Source of the DNA: Candidatus Yanofskybacteria bacterium
GTDB taxonomy: Bacteria; Patescibacteriota; Minisyncoccia; 2-02-FULL-40-12; GWA2-44-9
NCBI GenBank assembly: GCA_016185505.1
Contig: JACPNL010000019.1
Location: 2,885 to 66,884 of the forward strand
DNA length: 64,000 bases
Direction: 5' to 3'
Shown here piece by piece: positions 48,243-58,351 of this stretch; position 1 is the stretch's first letter, and each line of letters opens with the position of its first letter. Position numbers and translations under genes: made by a program. The notes below the pieces were generated by a model. It was given only the letters and a program-made list of their open reading frames with translations, did no database searches and was not told the origin of the DNA.

Positions 48243-48614
48243 ATGACCAGAACAAAAGCGCTTCTGTCTCTTGTTGTTATTTTGCTTGCAAGTTCGTTGA
48301 TTGTAACGGGATGCTCTACTAAACCAGTAGATGCCAGCACTGTTCTCACGCCACATCGTACAAGCGTTTATTTTGTTGTTGATAGGCCAAATGGCTTCGT
48401 GGCCTATGCGCCAGAGGGTTCTGTCTTTGTCAACATAAAAATTCAGCCAGATATTACTGAACCATACGTTGAAGTTCCAAGGACGCGGATTAATACTGAT
48501 TATTCCTCGAAGTTGTTGGATGGTACATATGTGGCTTGGATTTACGGTGGCACATTGTACGTGAAAGATTTAGAGCAGTTTAAGGGTCTTCTTTTGAAAG
48601 CCGAGCGTGAGTAA
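48243..48614 (+). CDS. Small lipoprotein, hypothetical
   Basis: Signal peptide plus the lipobox LIVTGCS. Flanked by the 43-bp direct repeat GTTTAAATTTTTTTGTTGCAATATTTACACGATCGTTGAATTA (48066-48108 and 48630-48672). Confidence 0.5.
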   Translation: MTRTKALLSLVVILLASSLIVTGCSTKPVDASTVLTPHRTSVYFVVDRPNGFVAYAPEGSVFVNIKIQPDITEPYVEVPRTRINTDYSSKLLDGTYVAWIYGGTLYVKDLEQFKGLLLKAERE

Positions 48615-48881
48615 CTCGCGCTTTTTTGTTTAAATTTTTTTGTTGCAATATTTACACGATCGTTGAATTAGTATCAACAGCCCACTTCCTGGCCGGGTTG
48701 TTGAAGGGACGTTGACATAAAGTTGTCCATAGATTATAATCCATACATAATATGGCTGACATATTTAAAAACGCCATAAACAGCGCTAAAACGCGTTTTA
48801 AAACCCACAAAATAGCCAACAATCTATAATCTAAAGAGCGGCGTTATCGCCGCTCTTTAGATTTGTGTTATTGTAATAATA

Positions 48882-50570
48882 ATGGAAACAAAATTTATCT
48901 TTGTGGCAGGCGGAGTGATGTCCGGAGTTGGGAAAGGCGTAGCCGTTGCTTCAATTGCTAAGATTTTACAAGCCAGAGGGCTGGAGACGACTGCGGTTAA
49001 AATAGATCCCTATGTCAATGTGGATGCCGGCACCATGAATCCTACCGAACACGGCGAGGTTTTTGTTTTAGACGACGGAATGGAGTGTGATCAGGATATG
49101 GGCAACTATGAGCGGTTCTTGGGGCGGAACTTGTCGAGCAAAAACTATATGACCACCGGCAGTATTTATCTTGATGTCATTAATCGTGAACGAAATCTAG
49201 ATTATGGCGGCAAATGTGTTGAGGTGGTTCCCCAGATCCCGCTGTTTATTATAGAAAAAATAAAAAGGGCGGCAAAAACAAATCGTGCAAAAGTCGTTAT
49301 TGTGGAGATAGGCGGGACCGTCGGAGAATATCAGAACATTTTGTTTTTGGAGGCTGTCCGTATGTTGAAAATAAAACAGCCGGATGATGTGGCGCTGGTA
49401 TTAGTCAGTATGCTTCCGGTTCTTGAAGCCGGCGGCACGGAGTTGAAAACAAAACCTACTCAATATGCCGTCAGAACCTTAAACGCCGCTGGTTTGCAGC
49501 CGGATATTATCTTAGCTCGGGGCAGTGTTCCGGTTGACGACAGCAGAAAAGAAAAACTGGCGTTAAATTGCAATCTTCGGAGGGAAGATATTATCTCTGC
49601 CCCGAATGTTAAAAATATTTATGAAATTCCGCTGAACTTTGAAAAAGACCGGCTTAGTGATTTATTGCTTAAAAAATTAAAACTAAAAGCAAAGAAAAAA
49701 GATTTTAGGAAATGGAAAAAGTTTATTCATAAATCAAACAACCCAACAAAAAAAGTCAGAATAGGCATTGTGGGGAAATATTTTAATTCTGGGGACTTTG
49801 TACTGACGGATTCTTATCTCTCTGTTTTGGAAGCGGTGAAGCATGCCGCATGGTCCTTAAGGGCAGATCCGGAGATAACATGGCTTAATGCCGAGAGTTA
49901 TGAAAATAATCCGACATCTTTGGAAGAACTGAAAAATTTCGACGGGATCATCGTGCCAGGGGGATTCGGTAAAAGGGGAGTTGAAGGCAAGATCGCCGCT
50001 ATCAAGTATGTCCGGGAAAATAACATTCCTTTTCTCGGGTTATGCTATGGACTGCAGTTGGCAGTCGTGGAATTTGCCCGCGATATCTGTGGATTAAAGG
50101 AGGCGCATACCACCGAAATTGACCCCGAAACGCCAAAGCCGGTAATCTGTACGATGCCGGATCAGCTGGTGAATATTAAAAAAAAGCAAATGGGCGGCTC
50201 AATGCGCCTCGGTGCATACAAGTGTAAATTGCACCCAAAATCTATAAGCTATAAACTTTATACTACAAGCCATCCCTCGACTTTGCTTGGGACAGGCAAG
50301 CTAACTCCTAATCTCCTAACTCCTAACTTCCTAATTAGCGAACGCCATCGTCATCGCTACGAAGTGAACAACCATTACCGCTTGAAGTTGGAAAAAGGAG
50401 GGATGCTTATCGCCGGTCTTAACCCCCAAAGAGAACTGATTGAAATTATAGAAATTCCGGAGCATAAATTCTTTGTTGCCACTCAATTTCATCCGGAGTT
50501 CAAGTCCCGGCCGTTATCGCCACACCCGTTGTTTGTGGGTCTTATCAAAGCGGCATCGGAAATTAAATAA
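48882..50570 (+). CDS. pyrG: CTP synthase
   Basis: N-terminal synthetase domain (FVAGGVMSGVGKGV) plus a GATase domain (GLCYGLQ, HPEF). An in-frame CTCCTAA-type repeat insertion lies at 50301-50336 (LTPNLLTPNFL). Confidence 0.9.
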   Translation: METKFIFVAGGVMSGVGKGVAVASIAKILQARGLETTAVKIDPYVNVDAGTMNPTEHGEVFVLDDGMECDQDMGNYERFLGRNLSSKNYMTTGSIYLDVINRERNLDYGGKCVEVVPQIPLFIIEKIKRAAKTNRAKVVIVEIGGTVGEYQNILFLEAVRMLKIKQPDDVALVLVSMLPVLEAGGTELKTKPTQYAVRTLNAAGLQPDIILARGSVPVDDSRKEKLALNCNLRREDIISAPNVKNIYEIPLNFEKDRLSDLLLKKLKLKAKKKDFRKWKKFIHKSNNPTKKVRIGIVGKYFNSGDFVLTDSYLSVLEAVKHAAWSLRADPEITWLNAESYENNPTSLEELKNFDGIIVPGGFGKRGVEGKIAAIKYVRENNIPFLGLCYGLQLAVVEFARDICGLKEAHTTEIDPETPKPVICTMPDQLVNIKKKQMGGSMRLGAYKCKLHPKSISYKLYTTSHPSTLLGTGKLTPNLLTPNFLISERHRHRYEVNNHYRLKLEKGGMLIAGLNPQRELIEIIEIPEHKFFVATQFHPEFKSRPLSPHPLFVGLIKAASEIK

Positions 50571-50671
50571 CTTGCTCAACTTTTAGCGTACGCTAAAAGT
50601 TGAGCAAGGGGCCGATACTTGATAAATTGTTCAATTTGGGATATTGCTGATGTATTATTCCGGGGAGGTCT

Positions 50672-51787
50672 TTGACATTGAAAAACCCAGTTTACGACAT
50701 CGTCATTATTGGCGCGGGAGTAGTTGGTTGCGCTATCGCAAGAGAAATATCTATCAGATATCCAAATCGCAAAATTGTTGTTCTTGAAAGATTGGGGAAT
50801 GTTGGGCTTGAAACAAGCCGTTTTAACAGCGGGGTTCTTCATTCCGGTTTTCACCAGAACCCTAAATTTTTAAAGTCGCGGCTTGCCAGAGAGGGCAGCC
50901 GTATCGCGGTTGATTATATGGCAGACAAGGGGTTGCCTATTTTGAGGCGCGGAATGCTGATAGCATTGTCGGGTCACAGTATCGCCGGCGCGTTAGCAGA
51001 AATTCCTTCGTTGGCGAATATGGCGAAAAGAGGATTTAATAAGGACTTAAAAGTTAGGTTTTTAACTTCATTCGGTGTTAGAAAATTAGAGCCAAACTTA
51101 AAATCATGGGGCGGAATTTTTATACCGGAAGTTGCTGTTATTGATCCTGCCCATTTGGTTAGAGCGTTGTTTGATGACGCTTTGGAGAATGGCGTTAGTT
51201 TCAGATTTAATTCTGGCGTTACTGGGATAGAGGTTTTGGACGACACGTATTTAGTTCGTACCGGAGCAGGTTACGTTCCCTGTAAAGTTATTATTAATGC
51301 CGCCGGACTTTATGCCGATGAAATTTCAGAAATGGCCGGTGTTAGCGGTTATACGTTATATCCTTGGCGAGGAGAATACTATGAGATTATTGGTGCCAAA
51401 AGAGAGCTTATAAAGCGGCTGGTTTATCCGGTAAATCCTTCTCACTATCCCGGCAAGGGTATTCATTTTAGCCCAAGAGTGGATGGCAGGTTATTTGTAG
51501 GTCCGAATGCTCGTCTTGTTCCGTCAAAAAATTATTATACGGAAGATAAGACAGACGTAAGTGTTTTTGTTGAACAGATCAAACGCTTTTGTCCTAATAT
51601 AAGAAGTTGCGATTTAAAGTGGGCTTATTCCGGAATAAGGCCGACGCTTTCAAGCGCTCCGGGAGAACTGGATTTTATAATAAAAGTCGACAGATTAAGT
51701 CCGAAACTAATCAACCTGATAGGAATTGATTCGCCGGGCTTGTCGGCAAGCATGGCCATTGCTAAATATGTTTGTGGTCTATTATAA
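50672..51787 (+). CDS. FAD-dependent oxidoreductase (DAO family; L-2-hydroxyglutarate oxidase / glycerol-3-phosphate dehydrogenase-like)
   Basis: Rossmann motif DIVIIGAGVVGCAIAREIS; 371 aa. Confidence 0.7.
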   Translation: MTLKNPVYDIVIIGAGVVGCAIAREISIRYPNRKIVVLERLGNVGLETSRFNSGVLHSGFHQNPKFLKSRLAREGSRIAVDYMADKGLPILRRGMLIALSGHSIAGALAEIPSLANMAKRGFNKDLKVRFLTSFGVRKLEPNLKSWGGIFIPEVAVIDPAHLVRALFDDALENGVSFRFNSGVTGIEVLDDTYLVRTGAGYVPCKVIINAAGLYADEISEMAGVSGYTLYPWRGEYYEIIGAKRELIKRLVYPVNPSHYPGKGIHFSPRVDGRLFVGPNARLVPSKNYYTEDKTDVSVFVEQIKRFCPNIRSCDLKWAYSGIRPTLSSAPGELDFIIKVDRLSPKLINLIGIDSPGLSASMAIAKYVCGLL

Positions 51788-51830
51788 CAGAGGCATTGCG
51801 CCCTCTTTTTTATTCTGTTAATATTTAAAC

Positions 51831-52394
51831 ATGAATACTACACTTATTTTACTCATAATCTTGGTCGTTGTCGGTCTTTGGTTGGCGGGCGCTTTCAATA
51901 TGCTTGTTCGTACGAGGAACAGGACGAAGGAAGCATGGGCGGATATTGACGTGCAGTTAAAGAGGCGATACGACTTAATTCCCAATCTGGTTGAGTCGGT
52001 CAAGGGCTATGCTTCACACGAGAGAGAGGTCCTTGAGAATGTTACCAAAGCCCGTTCGGCGGCAATGAACGCAGAGCAGGGCGGAGATGTGAAAGCGGTG
52101 GCGCAGGCGGAGAATATGCTTTCCGGAACGCTGAAAAGTTTATTCGCTTTGTCGGAGAATTATCCTCAATTAAGAGCGGTTGAGAGTTTTACAAAATTAC
52201 AGGACGAGCTTTCCGATACCGAGAACAAGATACAAGCCGCCCGCAGATTTTACAATACAAATGTAATGACCCTCAACACCCAGATAGAGCAGTTCCCGAC
52301 AAATATTGTTGCCAATATGTTCGGATTCAAAAAATCCGACTTCTTCGAACTCAACGAAGAAGCCGCTCGGGAACCAGTCAAGGTTAGTTTTTAA
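51831..52394 (+). CDS. lemA: LemA family protein
   Basis: N-terminal TM helix plus the LemA signature (LVRTRNRTKEAWADIDVQLKRRYDLIPNLVE). Confidence 0.8.
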   Translation: MNTTLILLIILVVVGLWLAGAFNMLVRTRNRTKEAWADIDVQLKRRYDLIPNLVESVKGYASHEREVLENVTKARSAAMNAEQGGDVKAVAQAENMLSGTLKSLFALSENYPQLRAVESFTKLQDELSDTENKIQAARRFYNTNVMTLNTQIEQFPTNIVANMFGFKKSDFFELNEEAAREPVKVSF

Positions 52395-52396
52395 AA

Positions 52397-52720
52397 ATGG
52401 CGGGAGAATATCTATTAATTCTTTTGTTTCTTTTTGCCAGCGCTTTTTATGTGGAGTGGAAATATAAGATTCACTTATATCATTCGTTCAAAGAAAGGTT
52501 GGTTATAACTTTACATTTCTTTGTTTTAGGAACAGCTTGGGATACTTTCGCGGTTTGGCGAAGCCACTGGTCTTTTCCCGGGGAAGGTCTTATTGGTGTC
52601 AAAATTTGGCTTTTACCGCTTGAAGAATACTTATTCTTTTTAATTATGCCGTTTTTTATACTTACGGTTTATAAGGCATACGAACATATTTTTCACCGTG
52701 GCAAACCTTTATCAACATAA
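52397..52720 (+). CDS. Lycopene-cyclase-domain small membrane protein
   Basis: ~100 aa with 3 TM helices and the W..W...G...PLEEYLFF pattern. Confidence 0.5.
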   Translation: MAGEYLLILLFLFASAFYVEWKYKIHLYHSFKERLVITLHFFVLGTAWDTFAVWRSHWSFPGEGLIGVKIWLLPLEEYLFFLIMPFFILTVYKAYEHIFHRGKPLST

Positions 52721-53570
52721 GGACTCAAATATCCGCAAGACATGGTTATTGATGACCGTGTTTTTGGTTTTGATAATTTTTATCGGATGGATTTTCGGCT
52801 ACGTGTATAATTCGCCCGGAATATTGTATTTTGCCGTATTTTTGGCGGTGTTTATGAATTTTTTCGCTTATTGGTATTCCGACAAGGTCGCTTTAGCTAT
52901 GTCGGGCGCGAAGCCGGCATCTCGCGAGACGCATCTGGAACTTTTCCGCGTTGTTGAGAATTTGTCAATTACTGCCGGATTGCCGATGCCGAGGGTGTAT
53001 ATAATGCATAGCCCGCAGATAAACGCTTTTGCTACCGGCAGAAATCCTGAACACGCCGCGGTTGCCGTGACAGAGGGAGCGCTAATGAAATTAAATAAAA
53101 ATGAATTAGAGGGGGTAATGGCCCACGAACTCTCGCATATCGGCAACAGAGATATTCTTATTTCAACCGTTGTTGTTGTTCTGGCTGGACTTATAGCTAT
53201 TCTGGCTGACTGGTTTTTGCGGATGAGTATTTTTGGAAATTTCAGCAGGGGAAACGATAACAGACAAGGAGGAGCGATAATTTTATTGCTTGGCATTGCC
53301 GTGGCCATAGTTATGCCGCTGATCGCGACAATAATTCGTTTGGCGGTTTCACGAAAAAGAGAATTTCTTGCCGACGCATCGGGCGCTTTGCTAACGCGTT
53401 ATCCCGAAGGCCTTGCCGGCGCGCTTGAAAAAATCGCTCACGACGAAACACCTATGCGCCATGCTCACAGCGGAACGGCGCACCTTTTTATCTCTAACCC
53501 ATTTAAGGGTAAGCAAAAAACCAGCTGGTTCGCCCGACTATTTCTCACGCATCCCCCTTGTGGTGTATGA
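52698..53570 (+). CDS. htpX: Zinc metalloprotease HtpX (M48)
   Basis: HELSHIGNRD (HExxH) and 4 TM helices. Confidence 0.85.
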   Translation: MANLYQHKDSNIRKTWLLMTVFLVLIIFIGWIFGYVYNSPGILYFAVFLAVFMNFFAYWYSDKVALAMSGAKPASRETHLELFRVVENLSITAGLPMPRVYIMHSPQINAFATGRNPEHAAVAVTEGALMKLNKNELEGVMAHELSHIGNRDILISTVVVVLAGLIAILADWFLRMSIFGNFSRGNDNRQGGAIILLLGIAVAIVMPLIATIIRLAVSRKREFLADASGALLTRYPEGLAGALEKIAHDETPMRHAHSGTAHLFISNPFKGKQKTSWFARLFLTHPPCGV

Positions 53571-53770
53571 ATACTAATATTGTGGGACAATATCAAAATC
53601 TGGTCAAAGAGCAAGAAAAGTTAAGAAAAACGCTTAAAGACAACGAGCGTAAGCTTTTGTTTCTTAAACAATATCTGAAACATGTTGAGGATATAAAAAT
53701 TAGTCGAAACCAAATTAAGAATAAAAAACTAATTTCACAGGAGGAACTGTTTAATGAACTTGGAATCTAA
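53558..53770 (+). CDS. Putative antitoxin (partner of RelE/ParE)
   Basis: Small ORF overlapping the start of the toxin gene by 17 nt; helical and charged. The start may be M at 53567. Confidence 0.35.
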   Translation: MWCMNTNIVGQYQNLVKEQEKLRKTLKDNERKLLFLKQYLKHVEDIKISRNQIKNKKLISQEELFNELGI

Positions 53771-54029
53771 GTGGAAGATAAAGTATACCGATAATGCCGC
53801 GGATGATTTAAGAAAACTGCCCGAAAAATTACAGAGGCGCATCGCCGAGAAGATGCGTTTCTTTGTTTTATCAAGCGCCATGATTGTGCATGCCAAAAAA
53901 TTGAAAGATAATAAATATGGCACTTATCGTCTTCGTGTGGGTGACTATCGTGTTATTTTTGATAAAAATGATAAAACAAAAGAGTTATATGTTCTTAAAA
54001 TAGGCAAAAGAGACGAAGTGTATAAATAA
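53754..54029 (+). CDS. RelE/ParE-family type II toxin
   Basis: 91 aa with a RelE/ParE-like pattern (...YRLRVGDYRVIFDKNDKTKELYVLKIGKRDEVYK). Confidence 0.65.
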   Translation: MNLESKWKIKYTDNAADDLRKLPEKLQRRIAEKMRFFVLSSAMIVHAKKLKDNKYGTYRLRVGDYRVIFDKNDKTKELYVLKIGKRDEVYK

Positions 54030-54030
54030 T

Positions 54031-54116
54031 GGAGGGGTGTACCGAATGGTAAGGTACCCGCTTGGAAAGCGGGCGCCCGCAAGGGCTTGCAGGTTCGACT
54101 CCTGTCCCCTCCGCCA
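54031..54116 (+). tRNA. tRNA-Ser (anticodon GGA)
   Basis: GGAGGGG acceptor, TTGGAAA anticodon loop, long variable arm, GGTTCGACTCC T-arm, CCA encoded. Confidence 0.85.
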
Positions 54117-54348
54117 GTTAGGATTTCGCAAGCCAGAGGAAGCCCCGCCTCGCTTCGCTCGGCGGCTAATTTGTATTGTTTTTTGGGCGAAAAGGAAAAG
54201 GATTTATTAATGAAGGGCAAAAGAACTTTTTTCATCAATTTTTTATAAGACTTAGTAAATAGCCTAAATAATGTCTAACGAGGTTGACGGACACAAGGAA
54301 TAGTCGTACTTTAAGCGTAATTTAGCTCATTGATAATGAGGGAAAGCC

Positions 54349-57300
54349 GTGCGAATCAAAAGCGTTTTTTTGATCCCGTTGGTTGTTGGTCGCGTAAAGC
54401 AACGTGGTCGCCACGCGACTTTACGTTGTTGGTTGCCGTGCCCTGTACTGTGCTTTGCTCTGGTACTGGGGTTGGCCATTAACTCTGCTTATGCTCAACT
54501 CGGGCAGTTCGGCAAGAACAATGTTCGTTATAACCAGCTGGACAAATTCTATAAATCATATCGATTTGATGTTCGGCACAACCTTGATACTAACGATCCG
54601 GTCCAGAAAGAATATCTGGAAATGGTCGTTGCTAATCTGGAGAACGCCCGTGATCGGATGAGCGGCCAGCAGTTTTATAACCATACGATAAAAAAAAGAA
54701 TTCCTATTTTTCTGTACAAGACCCATGCCGATATGGAGTCAAGTAATCTTGTCGGCGGGTTTTTGCCCGAAGGAGTCGGCGCGTTTGTGGAATGCGGAAG
54801 AAGGCGGGAAGTGCTTAAGGCCGATTTTTCAAAACCGTTGAGCCGAGCTATTGGTGTTCACGAGTTGGCGCATGAATTTCAGTGTGACATTTTGGATCCC
54901 GGTTTTGTTGATAAGGTAATGAATAACCGGCGCCCTCTTTGGTTTCATGAAGGCGGAGCTGAATTTATCGCCGGCCTGTACGAGCCGCATACGCGGGATG
55001 ACATTAGAAGGGATGGCCAGCGTATTGCTTCTTCTGACAGGCACTTTATTCCTACATGGGAAGCATGCAATCAAGGACGAGCAAATCCATATTCAGAGTG
55101 CGAAATGATTTTCGAATTGCTTGAGGAAAAATTTAGCGCGGGAGTGGCGTTTCAGGTTCAGGGATTCAAGCAGATCAAAGTCGGACTTGGCGAATTGCTT
55201 TATGACCTTACCAAAGGCGAACTTGGCAATCCGGATGTTGATTCCGAAAAGTTCAATCAAGGGATAACTCGTTTCTGGATGGACAAGTATGAGGACGAGT
55301 TTAATGCTCGGCCAAAGCCCGATGAAAAGAACGACAACTTTGAGGGACGTCTCGTTATGCCATGGGGTCATTCTGCTCCGATGAGCTCGCCACGCGTTTC
55401 ACTGGACGGTAAGCAACTCGCGGTGTTTACTGTTTTTAAGTATGGTGTGGGGTTAGGGAAGTACGAAATACCCAAAGATAAGATTTATGTTTCTAAAGAA
55501 GAAAGAGAAAAGTTAGCAGACGCAAACCAGGCCTTTGGTCCGAACGGCCATGAGCTGGTAAATCTTACGCCACAGCTTCCTCCTATTCCGTGGGAAGGAG
55601 TTATTAGTCAACTTGAGACATGGTCTTTTAACGGTTTTGACGAGAGCTGGTCTCCCGATGGAAGTAAGATGGCGTTTTTTGCCAAAACCAAAGATCACGC
55701 GCTGATGCTTATTGACGCCGAGACGGGTGATGTATTGAGAAAAATTGAATTGCCGCTTGATCAGGCATTCTCACCGTCATTTGCGTCGAATGGAGAGTCG
55801 CTGGTTTTCTCGGCGGCAAAGGATACCACGAGAGACATTTATATGATTAAACTTGAGAGCGGAGAATTTGAAAATCTAACTAAAGATGCCCGATATGACA
55901 CCGCGCCGCAGTTCAGTTCGGTGGAAGGAAAAGTTGTATATGTCGGTTCCGATGGCGATTTCCAGCACCTCTTTCTGATGGATTTGAGCAACGGCAATGA
56001 TCGTATTACGATCGAGCAGCTTACATTCGGCGATTTCAACGATAGCTGGCCGAGCTGGTCGGATGACGGCTCAACGATCGTTTACGCTTCGGACGAAGCT
56101 GACGGGATTTGGAATCTGTACACTCTTGAACTGTCTACACGAACAGTCAGGCAATGGACCGAATTTCTTTTGGGGTCAAAGACGCCCGTCTTTGCCAAAG
56201 GGACGACGGATACCGTTTACCACGTATCAGCCGCGGAAGATACTCAAAGCGGCGGTGTGTTTGACAAGGTTTTTGAGGCGAAGTTAAAAAAGCCGATCCG
56301 GGAATACACGGTTCGGGACACGGGATCGGCTGGAACGTATGTTTTCAATCCTTCGCGTGATTTGATCAAGTTTGAGCTTGATGAAAATCAACTTCTCAAC
56401 CCGACGCCGGCGCCGGAACAATGGGAATGCGGAGGCGGCGAAGTCGCTTTTGGCGCCAGTACTTATTGGGGAATAGTTAGTCAGGGTTTTGTCAGGTGTT
56501 CCAACATCCTTGAGACCAAACATCATCTTGGTCGATATGTTTCATACTACGGTATTAATATTTTTGACTATTCAAACATAAACCAAGAGAAACGTACGAC
56601 TTGGCTTTGGGGCATCAGCCACAATCAAATGCCTCTCTCTTATCGGCACTACGATATAGCGAAAAGATTTCCCAAACAGCCCATTCTTAACCGGACGTGG
56701 GTCAAAGAGTCGTCGCTTAATCTTTCTGCCGCGTATCCATTCAGCAAGTTCAAACGTTTGGAGCTTTACTCGAAACTCCGTCATCGCTCGTTCGCCAACG
56801 TTCTTAATCCCGACGAGCTTTCTGTTGATGACTTGCAAGTAAAAAGATTCCTTGACAACTCAACCGGTTCTAATTTTGTTTTTGGCACGGCTTATGTTCG
56901 AGATACGGTTCTGTCCTCCGGCAACACCTGGGGGCCATTCCATGGTAACGCGCTTCGGGCGCAGATTGAATTCGCGCCGCCATTGGGCGAGGAATTTCAG
57001 GGTTACACGTCCGTGAACATTTCGGGTAGAACTTATCGGCATCTTGGATCAAATTCGTTGTTTGCTGGCCGAGTCGATTTGATGGCTAACACGAGAGCCA
57101 ATGGCGATTATATACTGTTTGGCGGACCGGAATTCGGGCGTGGCGCCGAATACGGTGGTATTATCTGTAACCAATGCGCCTACGCCAGCATGGAATTGAG
57201 ATTCCCGATCCCGGGGACATATCTTCTGGGTGCACCAGTAAGAGCATTTCTATATGACGATATGGCTGTGGCCAGATTTAGTGACGAAAGATTTCCTGTC

Positions 57301-57429
57301 CAAAAATTCAATATACCCGGGATGGGTGTTCAGTTCTTTATTCCGTTCGTGGGTTTGCCCGCCCAGATGACGTGGCGGCTGGAAGATAAGAGGTTGATAC
57401 CGACTTTCTATGTTGCTATGCCCTGGTAG
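54349..57429 (+). CDS. Large exported multidomain protein: HExxH zincin-like N-domain, TolB-like beta-propeller, C-terminal Omp85/BamA-like motif
   Basis: Signal peptide ...LGLAINSAYAQ; HELAHEF plus FHEGGAEF. Repeated TolB-type blades (SWSPDGSKMAFF, SPSFASNGESLVFSA, SWPSWSDDGSTIVYASDE). The C-terminus FGGPEFGRGAEYGG...MELRFPIP...VRAFLYDDMAVA...GMGVQFFIPFVGLP...YVAMPW resembles the Omp85 barrel signature and ends in an aromatic residue. The start codon is uncertain. Confidence 0.7.
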   Translation: MRIKSVFLIPLVVGRVKQRGRHATLRCWLPCPVLCFALVLGLAINSAYAQLGQFGKNNVRYNQLDKFYKSYRFDVRHNLDTNDPVQKEYLEMVVANLENARDRMSGQQFYNHTIKKRIPIFLYKTHADMESSNLVGGFLPEGVGAFVECGRRREVLKADFSKPLSRAIGVHELAHEFQCDILDPGFVDKVMNNRRPLWFHEGGAEFIAGLYEPHTRDDIRRDGQRIASSDRHFIPTWEACNQGRANPYSECEMIFELLEEKFSAGVAFQVQGFKQIKVGLGELLYDLTKGELGNPDVDSEKFNQGITRFWMDKYEDEFNARPKPDEKNDNFEGRLVMPWGHSAPMSSPRVSLDGKQLAVFTVFKYGVGLGKYEIPKDKIYVSKEEREKLADANQAFGPNGHELVNLTPQLPPIPWEGVISQLETWSFNGFDESWSPDGSKMAFFAKTKDHALMLIDAETGDVLRKIELPLDQAFSPSFASNGESLVFSAAKDTTRDIYMIKLESGEFENLTKDARYDTAPQFSSVEGKVVYVGSDGDFQHLFLMDLSNGNDRITIEQLTFGDFNDSWPSWSDDGSTIVYASDEADGIWNLYTLELSTRTVRQWTEFLLGSKTPVFAKGTTDTVYHVSAAEDTQSGGVFDKVFEAKLKKPIREYTVRDTGSAGTYVFNPSRDLIKFELDENQLLNPTPAPEQWECGGGEVAFGASTYWGIVSQGFVRCSNILETKHHLGRYVSYYGINIFDYSNINQEKRTTWLWGISHNQMPLSYRHYDIAKRFPKQPILNRTWVKESSLNLSAAYPFSKFKRLELYSKLRHRSFANVLNPDELSVDDLQVKRFLDNSTGSNFVFGTAYVRDTVLSSGNTWGPFHGNALRAQIEFAPPLGEEFQGYTSVNISGRTYRHLGSNSLFAGRVDLMANTRANGDYILFGGPEFGRGAEYGGIICNQCAYASMELRFPIPGTYLLGAPVRAFLYDDMAVARFSDERFPVQKFNIPGMGVQFFIPFVGLPAQMTWRLEDKRLIPTFYVAMPW

Positions 57430-57469
57430 AAATTAAGAAATTCAGAAATAAAGACATTAAGTAATTAGT

Positions 57470-57535
57470 GAGGTCGAACCTCCCTCGGGAGGTTCGACCC
57501 CTAACCCTCGCTCTTGCGGGGGTTTTTAATTAATG
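57470..57535 (+). terminator. Tandem hairpin terminator
   Basis: GAGGTCGAACCTCCCTCGGGAGGTTCGACCCC followed by CCCTCGCTCTTGCGGGGGTTTTT. Confidence 0.5.
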
Positions 57536-57676
57536 AATTTTCCTATCATTATGATACGATGGTGTATCATAGTAAATGGGCAAGGCGACTTGCCCATTTA
57601 CTTTTAGCGAGATGTGGCGCGGGGTTGCTACCCATAAATTATTGGTATAGAGTTATGAAAAGTTCATTTACAAGGA

Positions 57677-58351
57677 TTGATAATGAGAAAAGGCCTTGTT
57701 TTAGCGCTGATTGTTTTCTTTTTCTGTACCAACTTTGCCAGAGCCGATACGCCGCCCGCGGTGAGCTTGTCGAAGCCGTTTCCGGCGAATTGTTCCGTGC
57801 CGATTCCCGATATGAGCAACTGGCCAATTATTCGAAAAACGCGCGTCGAATTTCGTATTTCCGACGAGACGCCGGCTTATCTCGGCGCGGCTATTGAATA
57901 TAAGAATTATCGCGGCTCTGCTGATTTCGGAGAATTTATACAGATGTTCGGTCGCCATACTCCTTTTATACCTCAAAGGCAAAAACCGGACGAGCAATCA
58001 TTTTTTCAGACCGCGGCTTTTCTTTATGCTCAACAGGAAGAAGAGACAACCCTCCGGCAGCTTGACAAACAAATTGACCCGATTCTTTATATAAGATGGC
58101 GGGTCAAAACAGATCAGCGCGTCAACGGAGACAAATTGGACGCGGATGTTGACGTATGGTTTTTACAGTCAAACGGACGATGTTTATTTGCTCAAAATGA
58201 AAAAATATCCATTCAGTTGCTGACAGAAAGTATGGGAGACGGCGAATCGCGTAATGTTTTTGCCGGAGTCAGATACAAAATAGACGATCTCTCTCATATT
58301 CTAAAAGCTGATCGCCGTGATATTGCTAACTTGATGAACGGAGGCCGCTAA
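57677..58351 (+). CDS. Hypothetical secreted protein
   Basis: Signal peptide MIMRKGLVLALIVFFFCTNFARA; 224 aa. Palindromic operator-like sites lie upstream (TATGATACGATGGTGTATCATA; AAATGGGCAAGGCGACTTGCCCATTT). Confidence 0.45.
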   Translation: MIMRKGLVLALIVFFFCTNFARADTPPAVSLSKPFPANCSVPIPDMSNWPIIRKTRVEFRISDETPAYLGAAIEYKNYRGSADFGEFIQMFGRHTPFIPQRQKPDEQSFFQTAAFLYAQQEEETTLRQLDKQIDPILYIRWRVKTDQRVNGDKLDADVDVWFLQSNGRCLFAQNEKISIQLLTESMGDGESRNVFAGVRYKIDDLSHILKADRRDIANLMNGGR

